Below, one piece after another: positions 63,301 to 64,000 of a DNA stretch of 64,000 bases. Under the pieces are notes generated by a model that saw nothing but the letters and a program-made list of their open reading frames with translations, made no database searches and was not told where the DNA came from. A program made the position numbers and the translations under genes. Position 1 is the stretch's first letter, and each line of letters starts with the position of its first letter. This DNA comes from Carcharhinus amblyrhynchos (taxonomy: Eukaryota), in assembly GCA_965287045.1 (NCBI GenBank), contig OZ336885.1, positions 62,806,001-62,870,000 on the forward strand, in the 5' to 3' direction.

Positions 63301-63676
63301 AATATAAGGTTGCCATAAGCATTGGCTTATTATTGAGTATCTGTTCCAAAAACGTAAGGATTTACATAGCAATAGCAGTGCGGTTGTATGGTAGATACCG
63401 TTGTCCTATTGTGTTGGTTGATTAAAGTCGGCATGGAGTAGAATTTCAAAATTGAATTTGAAAACAAAATAAATTAAACGAATGCCAAACAGTTTAGGTG
63501 TAATTCGAATACGTGGATTCTTACAGGAGCGAAAATGAATGCATCCTCCTCTGTCACAATGACCCTATAATTGAACGAATGTAATGCAGGTGCCAGTAAA
63601 TTCTCCTCAACAAATGTTTCTGGTTTGTTAACCTATCCAGAATTAACCCAGTGTCAAGCAAACTTGAATAATTCAC
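3234..63676 (+). CDS. Internal part of a multi-exon gene encoding a repetitive coiled coil, built from 16 micro-exons (start and stop outside window)
   Basis: Sixteen 27/30/36-nt AG..GT exons, all phase 1-1. Joined peptide: (E)DKINDRKD|[10 protein letters not shown]|ENLLKEKEK|[12 protein letters not shown]|EEHLKEKEK|[12 protein letters not shown]|EKKIKQLLE|[12 protein letters not shown]|EKRLREQEQ|AAEKDAKIK|DDRICELKA|[12 protein letters not shown]|EEKLKGKEK|AAISEAREK|DDTINELKG|[12 protein letters not shown]. No stops, and the heptad pattern runs across junctions. Confidence 0.8.
4390..4419 (+). CDS. 30-nt micro-exon, shortened C class, (D)KCREDLRHA
   Basis: caatccag|ACAAGTGCAGAGAAGATTTACGTCATGCAG|gtgagc; homologous to the 36-nt Cys exons but the acceptor is 6 nt downstream. 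Confidence 0.5.
5955..6094 (+). pseudogene. Probable decayed larger coiled-coil exon
   Basis: cacag acceptor, phase-1 frame [46 protein letters not shown] with one stop, followed by gt and a GT repeat. Confidence 0.4.
6230..8330 (-). mobile_element. Heavily degraded CR1 LINE spanning the N gap
   Basis: Remnants of CR1 RT C-terminus and ORF2 on the minus strand. Confidence 0.6.
6369..6496. other. Assembly gap (128 N)
   Basis: Run of n. Confidence 1.
8350..8930 (-). mobile_element. CR1 LINE 3' fragment
   Basis: catagaatc.. tail and degraded RT C-terminus. Confidence 0.65.
8985..9130 (+). mobile_element. Degraded tRNA-derived SINE (V-SINE/HE1-like)
   Basis: gttagcactgtc..gtgttcaat..tggagtttgtctgtcctacctgtg core. 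Confidence 0.5.
9235..9701 (-). mobile_element. tRNA-derived SINE (V-SINE/HE1-like) with LINE-like 3' tail
   Basis: Reverse complement of V-domain ggagaatgtgcgaactccacatagac..gggaatcgtacctggg..actgtgtcacaatgccgtccc. Confidence 0.8.
10522..11228 (-). mobile_element. CR1 LINE 3' fragment with (CATAGAA)n tail
   Basis: [42 protein letters not shown]; heptamer tail. Confidence 0.92.
11240..15170 (-). mobile_element. Decayed Harbinger/PIF transposon: nuclease remnant on minus (about 12550-14080), Myb/SANT partner remnant on plus (about 11240-12180)
   Basis: Minus frames [23 protein letters not shown] and WLRDKCCA match HARBI1-type motifs; the plus Ser/Thr/Glu-rich segment resembles 51600-51780; GC-rich subterminal region. 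Confidence 0.65.
15180..15730. mobile_element. Old CR1 remnants including an (ATGTTCTT)n tail
   Basis: tttcttatgttcttatgttcttat at about 15705-15727. Confidence 0.5.
16451..16477 (+). CDS. 27-nt micro-exon, K class, (E)NLLKEKEK
   Basis: tccatcacag|AAAACCTGTTGAAGGAAAAAGAGAAAG|gtattt; paralog of 29323 and 56889 including flanking intron. Confidence 0.8.
17098..17137 (+). repeat. (GT)n(GC)n microsatellite
   Basis: Direct inspection. Confidence 0.95.
19118..19158 (+). repeat. (GT)n microsatellite
   Basis: Direct inspection. Confidence 0.95.
20890..23047 (+). mobile_element. Old CR1 LINE (about 20890-21645 and 22924-23047) split by a young CR1
   Basis: Degraded RT motif (tccagatttacagatgat, SRFTDD); its 3' tail resumes after the young insertion. 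Confidence 0.7.
21647..22923 (+). mobile_element. Young 5'-truncated CR1 LINE, RT domain to 3' tail
   Basis: [29 protein letters not shown] and [14 protein letters not shown]; single TAG at 22414-22416; (ATGTTCTT)n-type tail. Confidence 0.97.
23052..23355 (+). pseudogene. Probable decayed large exon upstream of C exon 23749
   Basis: Purine-rich frame [51 protein letters not shown]..; same position relative to the C exon as in other units. Confidence 0.35.
23749..23784 (+). CDS. 36-nt micro-exon, C class, (A)[11 protein letters not shown]
   Basis: atcatgattcag|CCTTAGCCACGTGTCAAGAAGCTTTAATGCAATCAG|gtaagc. Confidence 0.85.
23845..24490 (-). mobile_element. CR1 3' fragment plus V-SINE-like element (about 24310-24490)
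   Basis: acaaagaacaaag tail; ccagagcacctggaggaaaccgacgca..ctaccgtgcc SINE reverse complement. Confidence 0.7.
24540..27000 (-). mobile_element. Old CR1 5' part (ORF1 and endonuclease remnants)
   Basis: Minus frame [33 protein letters not shown] resembles the CR1 ORF1 esterase region. Confidence 0.7.
26193..26642 (-). mobile_element. Young CR1 3' fragment, same family as 21647
   Basis: [35 protein letters not shown]. Confidence 0.95.
27798..28065 (-). mobile_element. RTE-clade LINE 3' fragment
   Basis: Minus frame [45 protein letters not shown] (C-terminal zinc finger), short 3' UTR ending GACGGACGAACAACACGAAGAAG. Confidence 0.8.
28082..28175 (+). repeat. Two diverged tandem copies of an approximately 45-49 bp unit
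   Basis: gtttcccgggtggtcgtctctgtgtcaaacgatttcaggaagacc / gtttcccaggtggtcgattctatgtcaaacaacttcagggagacc. Confidence 0.8.
29323..29349 (+). CDS. 27-nt micro-exon, K class, (E)EHLKEKEK
   Basis: tttcccctgaacag|AAGAACACTTGAAAGAAAAAGAGAAAG|gtactt. Confidence 0.8.
29540..29765 (+). mobile_element. tRNA-derived SINE
   Basis: A box tggcaaagtgg, B box gtttcgactcc, ttagcactg..cacagcgcca head, aataaa end. Confidence 0.8.
30238..30303 (+). repeat. Imperfect (GT)n tract
   Basis: Direct inspection. Confidence 0.9.
30720..30862 (+). mobile_element. CR1 3' tail fragment
   Basis: aagggatatcggg..gatcagccctgatcttatt. Confidence 0.7.
31181..31209 (+). pseudogene. Decayed D-class micro-exon copy (29 nt, frameshifting)
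   Basis: tag|ACGACAGATTGACGGAAAAATTCAGGAAA|gtatgg, DDRLTEKFR; about 950 nt before C exon as for 53581; no pyrimidine tract. Confidence 0.4.
31552..31783 (+). pseudogene. Probable decayed large exon upstream of C exon 32147
   Basis: tag..gtgatc bounded; frame [47 protein letters not shown] with stops. Confidence 0.4.
32147..32182 (+). CDS. 36-nt micro-exon, C class, (E)[11 protein letters not shown]
   Basis: atcatgaatcag|AATTAGCCAAGTGCCAAGAAAAATTAAAAGATGCAG|gtaaac. Confidence 0.85.
32570..32813 (+). mobile_element. Young CR1 3' fragment, same family as 21647
   Basis: Near-identical to 22678-22923. Confidence 0.95.
33010..34100 (-). mobile_element. Two old LINE fragments (about 33010-33530 and CR1 about 33575-34100)
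   Basis: [23 protein letters not shown] in the minus frame. Confidence 0.65.
34681..34707 (+). CDS. 27-nt micro-exon, K/D class, (E)KKIKQLLE
   Basis: ttttttcttgtcgttaacag|AGAAGAAAATAAAGCAACTACTAGAAG|gtgagt; strong splice sites. Confidence 0.85.
35501..35756 (+). repeat. 67-bp direct repeat (35501-35567 and 35690-35756)
   Basis: ttctc..gagcagtgtacctggtgg.tgtggtgagtggtt.attttccttggaagttcttcgctgta twice, 4 mismatches. Confidence 0.95.
38242..38400 (+). mobile_element. V-SINE-like body inside the CR1 3' UTR
   Basis: gtctgtgggagtttgtgcattctccctgtggttgtgtgggtttcctccgggtgttctggtttcctcccacacccaaaagatgtg. Confidence 0.85.
39092..40763. mobile_element. Non-autonomous DNA transposon, Harbinger-like (3-bp AAT TSD, imperfect TIRs)
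   Basis: aat|GGACCCGATTTACCAA ... TTGGTAAAATCTTACCC|aat; GC-rich interior without a credible ORF. Confidence 0.75.
39981..40122. mobile_element. Fold-back (hairpin) MITE-like element
   Basis: tgatgtggagatgccggtgttgga..caccaggttaaa pairs with tttaacgtggtg..tccaacaccggcatcacctcatca. Confidence 0.85.
41330..41542 (+). pseudogene. Probable decayed large exon upstream of C exon 41708
   Basis: Frame [41 protein letters not shown] ending at g|gtatgg. Confidence 0.35.
41708..41743 (+). CDS. 36-nt micro-exon, C class, (D)[11 protein letters not shown]
   Basis: ttctgtaatctag|ATTTGGACCAGTGTCAGGAAGCTTTAAAAGATCTAG|gtgagt. Confidence 0.85.
42130..42156 (+). CDS. 27-nt micro-exon, K class, (E)KRLREQEQ
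   Basis: ttgcttcctattag|AGAAACGGCTGCGAGAACAAGAACAAG|gtagac. Confidence 0.75.
42491..42517 (+). CDS. 27-nt micro-exon, A class, (A)AEKDAKIK
   Basis: ccttcttcacag|CGGCAGAGAAGGATGCTAAAATAAAAG|gtactt; paralog of 57803. Confidence 0.8.
43030..43310 (+). mobile_element. Degraded V-SINE-like element
   Basis: gcggcatggtac..agctttgcattttccc..caaagatgtgcg. Confidence 0.55.
44868..45208 (+). mobile_element. Young CR1 3' fragment
   Basis: [28 protein letters not shown]; (ATGTTCT)n tail. Confidence 0.95.
45268..45300 (+). repeat. (CA)n microsatellite
   Basis: Direct inspection. Confidence 0.95.
46550..47995 (-). mobile_element. Harbinger fragment carrying a decayed Myb/SANT-like gene (about 46570-47150)
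   Basis: Minus frames [37 protein letters not shown] and [12 protein letters not shown]. Confidence 0.75.
48113..48151 (+). repeat. (GC)n(GT)n microsatellite
   Basis: Direct inspection. Confidence 0.95.
48995..49166 (+). mobile_element. CR1 3' tail nested in the Harbinger element
   Basis: ggaattaagggttatg..ggaaagtggaactga..ctcgaagggctagatgacctactcctg, same family as 21647. Confidence 0.9.
50010..51260 (+). pseudogene. HARBI1-type DDE transposase pseudogene
   Basis: [63 protein letters not shown] and [11 protein letters not shown] across frameshifts. Confidence 0.9.
51420..52530 (-). pseudogene. Harbinger Myb/SANT-like partner gene remnant
   Basis: [17 protein letters not shown]-terminal remnant and Ser/Thr-rich exon [20 protein letters not shown]. 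Confidence 0.6.
53581..53607 (+). CDS. 27-nt micro-exon, D class, (D)DRICELKA
   Basis: tgccccaaacag|ATGACAGAATATGTGAACTAAAAGCAG|gtatgt. Confidence 0.8.
53860..53918 (+). repeat. (CA)n microsatellite with cacgtata units
   Basis: Direct inspection. Confidence 0.95.
54520..54555 (+). CDS. 36-nt micro-exon, C class with Cys->Trp, (E)[11 protein letters not shown]
   Basis: ttactttccag|AATTGGCCAAGTGGCAAGAAAGTTTAAAGGATGCAG|gtaaac; close paralog of 32147. Confidence 0.85.
56889..56915 (+). CDS. 27-nt micro-exon, K class, (E)EKLKGKEK
   Basis: ttcgcccttgcag|AAGAAAAATTGAAAGGTAAAGAGAAAG|gttatt. Confidence 0.75.
57803..57829 (+). CDS. 27-nt micro-exon, A class, (A)AISEAREK
   Basis: ttttattgtatttcacag|CGGCAATATCCGAAGCTAGAGAGAAAG|gttcgt. 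Confidence 0.8.
58050..58329 (+). pseudogene. Probable decayed large exon
   Basis: Frame [22 protein letters not shown] ending at cag|gtatgc. Confidence 0.3.
60034..60060 (+). CDS. 27-nt micro-exon, D class, (D)DTINELKG
   Basis: tttttgctcggaacag|ATGACACAATAAACGAACTAAAAGGAA|gtatgt. Confidence 0.8.
60313..60377 (+). repeat. Long (AC)n microsatellite
   Basis: About 32 perfect units. Confidence 0.98.
60780..60995 (+). pseudogene. Probable decayed large exon
   Basis: Frames [28 protein letters not shown] and [27 protein letters not shown]. Confidence 0.35.
62110..62730 (-). mobile_element. Old CR1 3' fragment
   Basis: [20 protein letters not shown] in the minus frame; CR1 tail. Confidence 0.8.
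62971..63308 (+). pseudogene. Probable decayed large exon upstream of C exon 63641
   Basis: tttttcccag acceptor; [47 protein letters not shown]; an internal gtgaga at 63010 would give an open 39-nt exon. Confidence 0.4.
63641..63676 (+). CDS. 36-nt micro-exon, C class, (K)[11 protein letters not shown]
   Basis: aacctatccag|AATTAACCCAGTGTCAAGCAAACTTGAATAATTCAC|gtaagc. Confidence 0.85.
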
Positions 63677-64000
63677 GTAAGCATCCTGATGTCATTCTGC
63701 ATGAAACTCCTCAATGTAGTATTGTAATTGATTGCATTTCGAATGTGCAGTTTTATTTTTTGTACATATGCAAACTACGTTTTTTACCTGTATGTCCTGC
63801 ATAGTTAGAACATGGAAAAAAGAATTGTTATCCTCGGGAAATGGAAAATAATAATAATGACAAGAATGGATGCTGATAACGAACTGTATCCATTGTGAAC
63901 GCGTCTAGTGGTAATTTCATTCTCAGAGTTAAAACCAAGCCATTCCTTGATATCCAATATTGCACATGCAGAAGATAAGCAAACGATAAAAAAAAAACAA

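Overview
AT-rich vertebrate genomic DNA, most likely from a shark (inferred from the CR1, V-SINE-like and Harbinger repeat families), with one 128-nt N gap. About half of the window is transposon debris: many CR1 LINEs of different ages, tRNA-derived SINEs, an RTE fragment, three decayed Harbinger elements and several non-autonomous elements. The ORF track contains no host gene. Read by hand, the + strand carries 16 AG/GT-flanked, phase-1 symmetric micro-exons (ten of 27 nt, five of 36 nt, one of 30 nt) spread over about 60 kb. Spliced in order they give a stop-free 160-codon coiled-coil peptide built from 21-aa and 39-aa modules with a periodic core cysteine. The exons sit in ancient tandem-duplicated exon-intron blocks that also hold dead larger exons and dead micro-exon copies. 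The window is therefore best read as the interior of one large micro-exon-built coiled-coil gene whose ends lie outside the window. Exon calls are manual and need RNA evidence. Repeat boundaries are approximate unless stated.
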